From: Dysgonomonas sp.
Lineage (GTDB): Bacteria; Bacteroidota; Bacteroidia; Bacteroidales; Dysgonomonadaceae
Reading direction: 5' to 3'
NCBI GenBank assembly: GCA_030151105.1
Contig: JASLEN010000081.1
Span: forward strand, 1 to 42,656
Length of the DNA: 42,656 bases
A program made the translations under genes and the position numbers. Shown here one piece after another: positions 8,081 to 18,230 of the stretch. The notes under the pieces are model-generated. The model was not told where the DNA came from. It saw nothing but the letters and a program-made list of their open reading frames with translations, and ran no database searches. Each line of letters begins with the position of its first letter. Positions within the stretch are counted from its first letter, which is position 1.

Positions 8081-8237
8081 AGGCGTGGGACTAAACTATA
8101 CTCGTACCCAAGGTCTTCGACTACCTGCATAACGAATAAGTTAGCCCACGCCCTATGGCGTGAGCATTAACACTTACTCTTGTTATGCATTGAAATTGTC
8201 GAAGTTTCGGGCACAAGAATAAAGCTAACGCTTTCAT
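8081..8237 (-). ncRNA. Putative cis-regulatory structured RNA leader with alternative folds and an overlapping 38-codon uORF (8237-8121)
   Basis: Many complementary segments with G-U pairs that work on the minus-strand transcript (see findings). It lies between a -7-like box (8281-8288) and the ATG at 8028. Confidence 0.65.
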
Positions 8238-8280
8238 TTATAAAATGTAATTCTCCCACTCTCGGGATAGAAATACGATG

Positions 8281-8288
8281 TAAAGATA
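8281..8288 (-). promoter_or_regulatory. Bacteroidetes -7-like element (TATCTTTA, one mismatch to TAnnTTTG)
   Basis: Plus strand TAAAGATA, immediately upstream of the structured leader. Confidence 0.4.
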
Positions 8289-8743
8289 ATGTTTTTTTCA
8301 ACAATATGCTGTAAAAAGCATTATCCTAATTTAAAAAAATTGAATAGATACACAGACAGCGCAACTACCTTTTTTCAAGTTTTTTGGATTTACTTGTATG
8401 GAGACTTTTACAACACAATATCTGCATCTACGTATTAAAATAACTTGTTTAAAAAGAGAGAGGGAAACTATCTAGTGTAGACTCCCCCCCTAATATTGGA
8501 GATACATGTATATCCCCCTACCTATAATTTAAAATATTTCTAGCAGACTGCCCTGCCTATACTTCTCTTTTTATTTTCGCTTCAATTCTCTTTGAGTCTC
8601 AATTAAACAATTTTATTCCATTCCTATCAAATGCCGCAGTTTATCACTTTTTGCTTCTTTGTTGAATAAGTAACTAGGACGTTTGTTTATAATGGTAGAT
8701 TCTCCTCCTCTATAATAACCTATATCTTCCATATTTATAGAAC

Positions 8744-8779
8744 AATCCCCTTGATACCATACGAAGTATCAAGGGGATT
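8744..8779 (-). terminator. Intrinsic terminator hairpin downstream of susD
   Basis: Perfect 14-bp stem AATCCCCTTGATAC / GTATCAAGGGGATT with an 8-nt loop, 22 nt after the susD stop. Confidence 0.85.
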
Positions 8780-8801
8780 ATTATTCTATATTTTATTTTT
8801 C

Positions 8802-10436
8802 TTACCACTTATTTGGCTTTGCATCCCACCACAAACGTGTTCCATAATTATCACCACCTGCGCCTAGCATCTGAACTGCTTTGTCATAGTTTTCTCTATT
8901 GCGGTCCTTCTCTGAAGGAGCAAAAGGAATACGACTAGCTAGATGCGTAGTTAAAGAAGGGTCTGTACTACCATTAACTAATACAGGGAAGAATTTAGGA
9001 TATCCCGTTCTTCGTTGCTCCGACCATGCCTCTGTTCCTAATGGATATGTAGCAATCCATTTCTGAGTTATAATTCGTTCTAAATTTCTTTCAAAATCGG
9101 CACCTTCCCATTTAATAGTAATATCACTTATGGCTTTTATAGATTGATATGGTTTCTCTGGTTCGCCATTCGGTTTAACCTTTATATATGCATCTCTAGG
9201 GTCTTCATAGTCCGCCTGAGTACTTACATTATCATTCAAATAATCGTTTACACCTTGTGCCTTCCATTGGTCAAATGAGAGTTGAACTCCTGTTTCATAG
9301 AATCCTTGTGCTGTACCTCCCATATCCCAACCTCTTAGAGCACCTTCAGCTCTCAAAAACGCAACTTCGGCAGCAGTAATCCATATCATAGGATCATCTT
9401 CCACATAAGTCACTTTAGAGAATTGCCCCATAACTGATTTTTCTTCTAGAGGTACACCTGTTCTAACTCCAACATATTTTCCTTCAGCGTCTTTTATTGT
9501 TGCTGTTTTAAAGTATTTCTCGATACGAGGATCCGCGTATCCATTCATATATGTAATGATATCTGCCGCAGGCATACAATCTCCCCATGCAGTAGACATT
9601 TTGTGAACAGGATTACCTCCAGACTCAAACCTGTAGCTTGGAGCTTCACTATTGGCTACAATTACACCATATTTATGCTTTACAGCCTCTTCCGCTTTCT
9701 GTTGAGCAATACTTGGTTGAATATATACAGTACGCATCGCTAAACGCAATTTCAACGAGTTTGCAAATACTACCCACTTTTTCAAGTCTCCTTTATATAC
9801 TACATCAGCACCATCTAAGAATACAATATTCTGAGGGTTGGCATCTATGTATGCTGTAATATCAGCTATTGCCACATCCAGATCCTTCATCATATTTGTA
9901 TATACCTCTTCCACTGAATCATATTTCGAGTTTATTGCTCCACTTCCTACAGCTGAGTATGGAATTGGTCCATACATATCAGCCAAACGATGCATAGCTG
10001 CTACTCTCAATATGTTTGACCAACCTATTAGATGTTTGGCAGGAACTTCATCTTCCGCTAAAAGCTCTTGGGCTTTTGTCCATGCTCCATTAAATTTAGG
10101 CAACACATCCTCAAATGGATAGTTGAGCCATCCTGCACTCGCATTGAAAGTAGAGAATGATGCTGACCATCCACTATTAGCAATAGACAAATAACGTCCA
10201 TAAGGGTCTCCAATCAGATTTTGATTCATTTGATAACTATTCTCTTGTGATGAATACACATTAGTGATCATTTGCTCAAAAGCCAATACTCTAAGATATG
10301 GTTTAATCTCAGGTTCGGTAGGTTCTCCTGGATTTCTATTAAATTCTTCGAAGTTGGATGTACATGATGCTAGTATCATTGCTCCTGCACAAAATCCTAC
10401 TACTGAAGTTAGTATGTTTTTTATATTTGTTTTCAT
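8802..10436 (-). CDS. SusD/RagB-family nutrient-binding outer membrane lipoprotein
   Basis: Lipobox ILAS|C; motifs D.YGPIPYS, ANSLKLRLAMR, EVAFLRAEGALRGW, IITQKWIA, EAWSEQRRTGYP and RLWWD; directly downstream of susC. Confidence 0.93.
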   Translation of the reverse strand: MKTNIKNILTSVVGFCAGAMILASCTSNFEEFNRNPGEPTEPEIKPYLRVLAFEQMITNVYSSQENSYQMNQNLIGDPYGRYLSIANSGWSASFSTFNASAGWLNYPFEDVLPKFNGAWTKAQELLAEDEVPAKHLIGWSNILRVAAMHRLADMYGPIPYSAVGSGAINSKYDSVEEVYTNMMKDLDVAIADITAYIDANPQNIVFLDGADVVYKGDLKKWVVFANSLKLRLAMRTVYIQPSIAQQKAEEAVKHKYGVIVANSEAPSYRFESGGNPVHKMSTAWGDCMPAADIITYMNGYADPRIEKYFKTATIKDAEGKYVGVRTGVPLEEKSVMGQFSKVTYVEDDPMIWITAAEVAFLRAEGALRGWDMGGTAQGFYETGVQLSFDQWKAQGVNDYLNDNVSTQADYEDPRDAYIKVKPNGEPEKPYQSIKAISDITIKWEGADFERNLERIITQKWIATYPLGTEAWSEQRRTGYPKFFPVLVNGSTDPSLTTHLASRIPFAPSEKDRNRENYDKAVQMLGAGGDNYGTRLWWDAKPNKW

Positions 10437-10468
10437 AATAGTTTCTTTTAATAAATGACTATTTAGAT

Positions 10469-13400
10469 TTAAAACTCAACACGCACCTTGAAACCTAGAT
10501 TTCGTAGGCTAGGTGGCATAAAGTAATCTAGTCCTTGATAATAAGTACCTGTTGATGCAGTTGCTTCTGGGTCAAACGGAGCTTTATTATGTATCATCCA
10601 AAGGTTACGCCCTACAAAAGCGACATGTAGTTTTGCTACATTATTAAACCATGCTTTAGGAAATGTATATCCAACCGTAAGCTCTTGAAGACGAATATTA
10701 TTAGCACTATAAATATAATCACTCATAAGTCCTTCTTGATTTGCAGTAGTTTGATAATATTTCTGTGGATCTATCATTCCCCCATTTCCAGTAGGGACTC
10801 CACCCATATCACGATGGTATGCTGAATTTTCTCCTGCTCCAAATCCTTCCATAATAGCCTGTGTATATGATGCCACTTTACCTCCAAATCGTGCAGAGAC
10901 TAAGAATCCTAATGAAATCCCTTTGTAGTGAAAATCATTTCGAAACCCAAGATTCCATTTAGGCAATACTGAACCAACCTTTTCTTCTACATTTTCAAGT
11001 ACTGGTAAGCCATCTTTATTTACAAAGATGCTACCATCTTCATTACGTGCAAGAGCTCGTTTGACATACAAATCACCTAGAGTACCACCCTCTGTTAGAA
11101 TGATTTCAGCAGATCCAACTCCCCCTTGAGGCAGCTTCGATATATTGTCAAGCAGCTCACCACTTGGTCCATAATACTGACCATCCATCAGGGTTTTTAT
11201 CTCATTCTTATTATAACTAGCTGTAAATGTACCATTCCATGTAACTTCTCCAAAATTGAGATTAGAACCTAACAACATTTCTACTCCCATATTCTGAACA
11301 TCACCTGTCTGGATATACATTGATTTATAAGCAGAAGAACTTGATAAAGGTACATTTAGAGTTTGATTCTTCGTATTTGATTTATACCAAGTGAAGTCAA
11401 AGTTAATCTTGTTATTCAAGAATTTAGAGCTTAGACCTAACTCCCATGAACCTGTACGCTCTGGTTTGAGATTTGATACAGGCATATAAGTTGCAAATTG
11501 CCATTTTCCATCCTCTTTGGGATAAGTAGGTATAGTTAGGTTTCTAGGCATTGGCGAACCTACTGAAGCATAAGACCCTCTAACTTGTAAATAAGTTGAT
11601 TTAGGTAGATCTAATATCTCAGAGACCACTCCCGAAAGTCCGACTGATGGATAGAAGAAGGAACTGCTTTTAGAATTTGCCAAAGGTGAAGCCCAATCGT
11701 TTCTCCCTGTTAGTGTTAGATACACCATACTTTTCCAACCTATTTCGAAGTTGGCAAATATAGATTGTGTTTGCTCATGCCACCCATTTTCAATCAAATC
11801 TAATTTAGGGTCATTTCTGTCAACATTCGACCAAGCAAAATAGTTAGGTATAACTAACCAACCATCAACTCCGTTTTCTAAAGATCTCATATCAGAAAAA
11901 CTCGTACCAATATTGGCATTCACAGAATAATCTCCTACATATTTATTTACATTAAATAAAAGGTCAGCATAAGTTTGTTTATCACTTGTTTTTGTAGACT
12001 TATATCCACCATTTTTGCTGCTTATAAGCTTATCGATAGTACTTGCATATTTTTTTAGACTGTAGTTGTTTTCTGAGTTATCAAATCGTACACGTCCTGC
12101 TACATTTAACCAATCTAAAATATCATACTTCACATTTAGATTCATCATGTAACGATCTTTCTTGTTCTTCATTGGATTTCTGTTCTGAATCCAATATGGG
12201 TTTTGCATAGTCAAACTTTGATCTCCCCATTGCCAGTTCTGAGTATTGTATCCCAAACTTGGATCATATGATTCATAGTTTTTAACATCACCGAACACCT
12301 CATTTCTAGGATAGGTATATACTGGCAACAGTGGATTATAATATTGTCCTTGCGCAATCATATTTTTATCATTTTGCTTGATATATGAGAATCCAAAGTC
12401 AACCGTCATTTTATCATTCAAAAACTTAGTCGTATTACGCACACTCACATTCTGCTTATTGTACTCATTCCCTGGTATAATACCATCGGCTCCAGTAAGA
12501 CCCAAAGAAATATAAACCTGATTAGTTTCTGTACCCATAGATACACTAGCTGTAGTTTGATGCTGTGCTCCAGTATCAAAATAATCTTTAGGGTCATATC
12601 TTTTATCTGTTAAATCTCCCCAACTACGGAATGAATTTGGACTATTTCCGTATCTATTTTGAGAAAATGGCATAACAAATGGTCTCGAAAATGTTGTTTG
12701 ATTAGAGATGATCACTTTAGGCTTTCCTGCTTTACCTTGCTTGGTTGTAATTAATATCACCCCATTTGCAGCACTTGCACCATACAGAGCTGCTGCTGAC
12801 GGACCTGTCAAAACAGACATGCTCTCTATATCCTCTGGATTAAGATCAGAAATACCCTCTCCACCCGAAGCATTTTCATATTCTGTATTTTGATCTAGAC
12901 CTCCTCGATTAGAGTTGAAGATAGGTACTCCATCAATTACATAGAGTGCATTATTATCTTTTGAGATTGATTTTGTCCCACGCATCACTACACGAGTAGC
13001 ACCACCAACACCAGCAGCTGATGCATTAATATTAACTCCCGCAATTTTACCTGCGAGAGAGTTAACCAAATTCGCATCCTTTACGCCTAGAAGCTCCTCA
13101 CCCTTAATTTCTTGAACGTTGTAGCTCAATGCTTTTTGCTCCCTTTTAATACCAAGTGCAGTAACAACTACTTCACCTAGAAAGACATCATCTTCTGAGA
13201 GATCTATTCTAAGGTCTTTAAAATCTGTAATAGTTATTTTCTTAGAGGTGTAACCAAGATAACTAACATCAATAATATCTCCTTGCTTTGCAGTTATAGT
13301 AAACTCACCATCCATATTGGTAATTGCGACAGCACCTCCAGCAGCCTCTACCTTTACACTCACTCCAATAAGAGGAAAACCCTTTTGGTCTAAGACAACA

Positions 13401-13570
13401 CCCTTCTGTGTCTTTTTATCTTGTTGAGTTATACTTGCATCATCCACCTTATCTCCTGAGGAGCCAAAGAGTGGAGCAACACCTAAAACTAAAGTAAGTA
13501 GGCTCATAGCTATTACTTTGGTCAACTTCTGTAGAGAGCTATTTGCTCCCTTCTTTAAAGTGTATTTCAT
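10469..13570 (-). CDS. SusC/RagA-family TonB-dependent outer membrane transporter
   Basis: EVVVTALGI, plug motif DIESMSVL.G.SAAALYG…NGVILITTK, RNDW.S, FFYPSV, and a C-terminal Phe. Confidence 0.96.
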   Translation of the reverse strand: MKYTLKKGANSSLQKLTKVIAMSLLTLVLGVAPLFGSSGDKVDDASITQQDKKTQKGVVLDQKGFPLIGVSVKVEAAGGAVAITNMDGEFTITAKQGDIIDVSYLGYTSKKITITDFKDLRIDLSEDDVFLGEVVVTALGIKREQKALSYNVQEIKGEELLGVKDANLVNSLAGKIAGVNINASAAGVGGATRVVMRGTKSISKDNNALYVIDGVPIFNSNRGGLDQNTEYENASGGEGISDLNPEDIESMSVLTGPSAAALYGASAANGVILITTKQGKAGKPKVIISNQTTFSRPFVMPFSQNRYGNSPNSFRSWGDLTDKRYDPKDYFDTGAQHQTTASVSMGTETNQVYISLGLTGADGIIPGNEYNKQNVSVRNTTKFLNDKMTVDFGFSYIKQNDKNMIAQGQYYNPLLPVYTYPRNEVFGDVKNYESYDPSLGYNTQNWQWGDQSLTMQNPYWIQNRNPMKNKKDRYMMNLNVKYDILDWLNVAGRVRFDNSENNYSLKKYASTIDKLISSKNGGYKSTKTSDKQTYADLLFNVNKYVGDYSVNANIGTSFSDMRSLENGVDGWLVIPNYFAWSNVDRNDPKLDLIENGWHEQTQSIFANFEIGWKSMVYLTLTGRNDWASPLANSKSSSFFYPSVGLSGVVSEILDLPKSTYLQVRGSYASVGSPMPRNLTIPTYPKEDGKWQFATYMPVSNLKPERTGSWELGLSSKFLNNKINFDFTWYKSNTKNQTLNVPLSSSSAYKSMYIQTGDVQNMGVEMLLGSNLNFGEVTWNGTFTASYNKNEIKTLMDGQYYGPSGELLDNISKLPQGGVGSAEIILTEGGTLGDLYVKRALARNEDGSIFVNKDGLPVLENVEEKVGSVLPKWNLGFRNDFHYKGISLGFLVSARFGGKVASYTQAIMEGFGAGENSAYHRDMGGVPTGNGGMIDPQKYYQTTANQEGLMSDYIYSANNIRLQELTVGYTFPKAWFNNVAKLHVAFVGRNLWMIHNKAPFDPEATASTGTYYQGLDYFMPPSLRNLGFKVRVEF

Positions 13571-13836
13571 AAAATAAAGTATTTAGTTTGACGATTGCAT
13601 CCAATATCCTACCCTACAAGGGCAGATCTATTTTGCATTTAGTTATCAATATAGCGCTTTTTAAGAACATTTAAGCAAAAAAAACGAGATATTTCTTCTC
13701 AAATCATAATTTACATATCAAAAAGATAAGATTATCAAAGACATCTCTAGTTACAAAACTATATTTCAAAACTTCTAGTTCTATTAATTTGATAGAAAAA
13801 AATTAAACATAAATATTTAAATGCATATTTATATAT

Positions 13837-14406
13837 CTACTCTTTTAATTCTTTATCTACCCTATAAAAAGTCGTTTTACTAATACCAGCCTTTTCACAA
13901 GACTTGTCGATAGATAGATTCTGATTGCTATAAAGATGGTTTGCATAGTGATACTTTTCGAGAGTTTCTTTCTTAAACCCTCGTGGTCTTCCCAATAGTT
14001 TGTTTCTTCGACGAGCTCCTTCCAATCCCGACTTTGTTCGTTCACTTATTAAGTTCCGCTCAAATTCGGCAATAGCTGAAAATATCTGAAGGAATAACTT
14101 TCCATTGGCAGAACTTGTGTCAAATTGCGGTTCTGTGATACTTTTAAAATTCACATTTTTTTGATCAAACAACTCTATCAGCTGCACCATATTTTTAAGG
14201 CTTCTAAATATTCTATCCAATTTATATACCAGAATAGTGTCGCCAGCCCTCACAAATTCAAGGAGACTGTTCAACCCTTCTCTATCCTCTCGCACACCAC
14301 TAGCAACATCGCTATATATTTGCTCACAACCATTTTCTTTTAGAATACGAATTTGATTCTCCAAATTCTGTTCTCTAGTGGAAACTCTAGCATAACCAAT
14401 AATCAT
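13837..14406 (-). CDS. Small serine recombinase (resolvase/invertase family) with C-terminal HTH
   Basis: Catalytic YARVS, KLDR..RS, AEFERNLISERT..GL..AR…GRP, and HTH GISKTTFYR; 189 aa. Confidence 0.95.
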   Translation of the reverse strand: MIIGYARVSTREQNLENQIRILKENGCEQIYSDVASGVREDREGLNSLLEFVRAGDTILVYKLDRIFRSLKNMVQLIELFDQKNVNFKSITEPQFDTSSANGKLFLQIFSAIAEFERNLISERTKSGLEGARRRNKLLGRPRGFKKETLEKYHYANHLYSNQNLSIDKSCEKAGISKTTFYRVDKELKE

Positions 14407-14427
14407 AATATTGTCCTTTTAAATCTT

Positions 14428-14527
14428 AATTTACGAAACTAATATAAATAACGGTAAATATTACTATAGAATAATATCTAAAGATGAAAAGAAAGTAGTA
14501 TCGTAAATTGATCGTTAAAAAAAACGA
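14428..14527. promoter_or_regulatory. Putative res/recombinase-binding site upstream of the resolvase
   Basis: 13/14 inverted repeat AATTTACGAAACTA (14428-14441) / TAGTATCGTAAATT (14496-14509), plus the short dyad TCGTT-A6-AACGA (14512-14527). Confidence 0.5.
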
Positions 14528-15028
14528 CTAATAAAATCATAGACTTAATCTATAAGATTTCTCAAAGAGGTTTAACTATTGAATATACCCTTCCCTAAGA
14601 GATTAATTGTACTCCTAATATCATCTTGAGAAACTAAAGTTATGTCCATCATTACTTCGACAAGAATAGACAGCATATCGGCTCAATAAAACATGTTGTA
14701 AAACATAAAACTAAAGGCTATCTTTTTATTGCTTCTTTTTGTTAAAATAGAATAATACCATATGAATTAATCTCAGTCAAAAACATATTCCTTTATCATT
14801 AAAAACAGCCTCTCATTAATGAGGATTGAGGACCTTCTACAATCTAAATAGGCTCTAATTAGGATTGAAATAAGTTTGTTCAAACTTCTGTTAAAATTAG
14901 TTCCATTATCAAAATAGTTGTTGTATCTTAACCTTTGAATTGTAGTAGTAATATAGCAAAATGACATAATACTATGGAAAGTGCGCCTATATTACACAAT
15001 GAAAACATTATTAATCTACATTATTTTT

Positions 15029-18000
15029 ATGTTAAAATTATCAAAAAAACTAAGTGCCTTACTGCTCATGGTAATGCTATCTTCAACAAGTTTTGCATCG
15101 TCTATTAATGAGACAGGTGGAATAAATGTTGAACAGCAAGAGAACACTTGTAAGGGTATTGTAAAAGATGAGAATGGAGAAACCGTTATAGGTGTATCTA
15201 TTCGTGTAAAAGGAACAAATAGTGGTACAATAACAGATTTTGATGGTGCATTCTCTTTGAACAATGTGAAGAAGGGAGCAATAATTCAAATATCATATTT
15301 AGGTTACGTTTCTCAAGATATACAGTGGGATGGACAAGCTCTTAACATCACATTGAAAGAAGATTCTAAAACCTTAAGTGAAGTCGTTGTAACGGCTCTA
15401 GGAATCAAGAGAGAGACAAAATCTCTAGGATATTCAATGCAAGAACTTAAAGGAGATGCTTTGCTTGAATCAAGAGAAAGTAATGTATTGAATGCGCTAT
15501 CGGGAAAAGTTGCTGGGCTACAAGTTTTGAGATCAAGTAACGGAGTAGGGGGATCTACTAAGATTGTACTTCGTGGAAACAACTCGTTAACAGGGAACAA
15601 CCAGCCACTTATCGTTATTGATGGTGTTCCAATGGATAACTTTACTGGTGGAGTAGATGACCCTTATGGTAATAATAATGGATCAGATATGGGTAGTGGT
15701 TTGGCTGATATCAATCAAGAAGATATTGAATCCATGTCAGTACTTAAAGGGGCATCTGCTGCGGCTCTTTATGGAACACGTGCTGGTAACGGAGTTATCT
15801 TGATTACAACTAAATCAGGACAAACTAGAGAAGGGCTAGGAATAACTGTTAATACAGGAATTTCGATCGACAATCCTTTCATCAAGCCTAAACTACAAAA
15901 TAGATTTTCACAAGGAGCTAATGGTCGATATGACAATACTAGCACTCTATCTTGGGGGGAAGCCATCTCAGGTCAAACCGTAAAGGATTGGAAAGGACAA
16001 GATGTATCCTTGAGAACTTATGATAACTATAATGATTTCTTCCGCACAGGAGTATCTTATAATAACAACGTAAGTTTCCAACAAAGTATCAATGGAGTCT
16101 CTGTATTTGGTTCAGTAAACCGATCAGATGACAATGGAACTACTCCGGGAACATCATTAGCTAGAACTGGTTTCAACTTAAGAGCTACAGCCTTTTTGGA
16201 TAAAGGACAAAAGTGGCAATTTGATGCTAAAGCAAACTACATAAATATGGAGGCTAAAAACAGACCTCTATTAGGAATGAACCCATCAAATGCCTATAAT
16301 ACAATATATATGTTGCCAGCAACTATCAATATGAAAGAGTTCAAAGATAACATGTATACAGAGACTGGGCAAATGAATTGGTGGCAAGATAAAACCAAAA
16401 CCTCACAAGACAACCCATACTGGGCTGTTAAGAACCGTAACAATCAAGACAAAAGAGATCGTTTGATTGGTAACTTTAAGTTGAAATATAAAGCGACAGA
16501 TTGGTTAAATGTAGAGGTTAATGCTGGTACAGATTACTATACAACTAACAAGACTGAAAAGATTAATGCTGGTAGTCAAAATGCTAAAGGTGGTGGGTTA
16601 TACACTTTAGGTAAAGAAACATTCTACGAAAACAATTATTCATTTTTGGCAGTTGCACAAAAGAATAATCTATGGGATAGATTAAGCGGGTCTGCTACTT
16701 TTGGAGGTAACTTAATGTTCCAAGGAAGAGAAACTCTAAATTCAAGTTCTGGAGAACTCGTAGTTCCCAATCTTTTCGAACTCAATAATGGGGTAAACCT
16801 TCCAACGATAAATGAATCCATAGTAAAAAGAAGAATGAATTCTTTATATGGAATGTTGAATCTAAGTTGGGATAATTATTTATATTTCGATGTTACTGCA
16901 AGAAATGACTGGACATCTACATTAGCTAAAGGAAACAACTCATTCTTTTATCCTTCATTCAACTTGTCTCTATTGACTGATGAAATGTTGAGAAAATATG
17001 ATGTCACTCTACCAGAGTGGATTAGTATGCTAAAGGTTAGAGGATCATATGCACAAGTCGGTAATGACATGGATCCATATCAATTATATAACGTTTATAA
17101 ACTTGACAAAAATATTTTAGGATTCAATACAATTGGTGCAGGTAGTGTAATGTATGACTCAACAGTTAGAAGTGAGCTTATTAAATCTTGGGAGGCTGGT
17201 TTAGATATTCGTTTCTTTAAAGGACGATTAGGACTAGATGCTACATGGTACAAGAAGAATGCGACTAACCAATTGATCCCTATTGGCATGAATCCATTTA
17301 CAGGTTATGCTCAAAGAATGATCAATGCAGGTAATATACAAAATACTGGAATTGAGTTCACTATCAATGGAACAATTCTAGACAATGCACAAGGATTGAC
17401 TTGGGATGCTTCGGTAAACATCTCTCATAATAAAGCTAAAATCTTAGAAATAGCAGAAGGAGTAGAATTATTTGACTTAGCAAAACGTGACTTGCAAGAT
17501 TTGTCAATTTACGCTGAAGCAGGAGGAGAATATGGGGCAATTCATGGTAAAAAATATGCAAGGGTAGATGATGTGAATAGTCCACATCATGGAAAAATTA
17601 TCGTTGATGCTGAAGGTTTACCTACATTTACAGATAACAGAGAGTACTTAGGAAATCAAAGTCCTAATGCCATGATTGGAATTAGCAATAACTTCGCATA
17701 TAAAGGGTTTACACTAGGCTTCTTAGTTGATATGAGACTAGGAGGTAAAATATTCTCAGGAACTACAGCTATTATGAATACCTATGGTAAAGGAGAGGCA
17801 ACGCTATTAAATAATCGTGAAAACTTTGTGATGCCAAATACAGTTGTAAGTGATGGAGCAAATGGTTATATAGAAAATACTAAAGAAACTGAAGTTGAAA
17901 AATACTTTACTCGTTTAGGATCTGCTGGAGGAAACTTTGGACTTGCAGAAGAGTATACTTTTGATGCAACAAATATTCGTTTAAGAAATATTACACTAGG

Positions 18001-18211
18001 GTATGACTTCAATAAAAAAATGTTAGCAAAAACACCATTTCAAAGATTACGTATTTCTGCAACGTGTAACAACGTATGGATGATCCATAGCAAGTTGAAA
18101 GGGATAGATCCTGAGAGTGTAACAGCAACAAATACGAATGCAGTTGGTTTTGAGGCTAACTCGTCTCCTACATCACGTACCTTTGTATTCAATTTGACAG
18201 TAGGATTCTAA
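15029..18211 (+). CDS. SusC/RagA-family TonB-dependent outer membrane transporter (start could be 14999 or 15029)
   Basis: Signal peptide, EVVVTALGI, DIESMSVLKGASAAALYGTRAGNGVILITTK, RNDWTS, FFYPS, and a C-terminal Phe. Confidence 0.96.
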   Translation: MLKLSKKLSALLLMVMLSSTSFASSINETGGINVEQQENTCKGIVKDENGETVIGVSIRVKGTNSGTITDFDGAFSLNNVKKGAIIQISYLGYVSQDIQWDGQALNITLKEDSKTLSEVVVTALGIKRETKSLGYSMQELKGDALLESRESNVLNALSGKVAGLQVLRSSNGVGGSTKIVLRGNNSLTGNNQPLIVIDGVPMDNFTGGVDDPYGNNNGSDMGSGLADINQEDIESMSVLKGASAAALYGTRAGNGVILITTKSGQTREGLGITVNTGISIDNPFIKPKLQNRFSQGANGRYDNTSTLSWGEAISGQTVKDWKGQDVSLRTYDNYNDFFRTGVSYNNNVSFQQSINGVSVFGSVNRSDDNGTTPGTSLARTGFNLRATAFLDKGQKWQFDAKANYINMEAKNRPLLGMNPSNAYNTIYMLPATINMKEFKDNMYTETGQMNWWQDKTKTSQDNPYWAVKNRNNQDKRDRLIGNFKLKYKATDWLNVEVNAGTDYYTTNKTEKINAGSQNAKGGGLYTLGKETFYENNYSFLAVAQKNNLWDRLSGSATFGGNLMFQGRETLNSSSGELVVPNLFELNNGVNLPTINESIVKRRMNSLYGMLNLSWDNYLYFDVTARNDWTSTLAKGNNSFFYPSFNLSLLTDEMLRKYDVTLPEWISMLKVRGSYAQVGNDMDPYQLYNVYKLDKNILGFNTIGAGSVMYDSTVRSELIKSWEAGLDIRFFKGRLGLDATWYKKNATNQLIPIGMNPFTGYAQRMINAGNIQNTGIEFTINGTILDNAQGLTWDASVNISHNKAKILEIAEGVELFDLAKRDLQDLSIYAEAGGEYGAIHGKKYARVDDVNSPHHGKIIVDAEGLPTFTDNREYLGNQSPNAMIGISNNFAYKGFTLGFLVDMRLGGKIFSGTTAIMNTYGKGEATLLNNRENFVMPNTVVSDGANGYIENTKETEVEKYFTRLGSAGGNFGLAEEYTFDATNIRLRNITLGYDFNKKMLAKTPFQRLRISATCNNVWMIHSKLKGIDPESVTATNTNAVGFEANSSPTSRTFVFNLTVGF

Positions 18212-18230
18212 ATAAACAAAAGAAAGTAAG

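Noticed and set aside
8029..8130. 34-aa N-terminal extension of the lipoprotein as given in the ORF track
   Set aside because: The signal peptide begins at Met 8028; the extension lies inside the structured leader.
8484..8518. C7 and C5 homopolymers as phase-variation tracts
   Set aside because: They are short, intergenic, and about 200 nt from the nearest candidate promoter.
8613..8732. 39-codon minus-strand ORF (MEDIGYYRGG…) after the susD terminator
   Set aside because: It starts immediately behind a terminator, with no promoter or recognisable motif.
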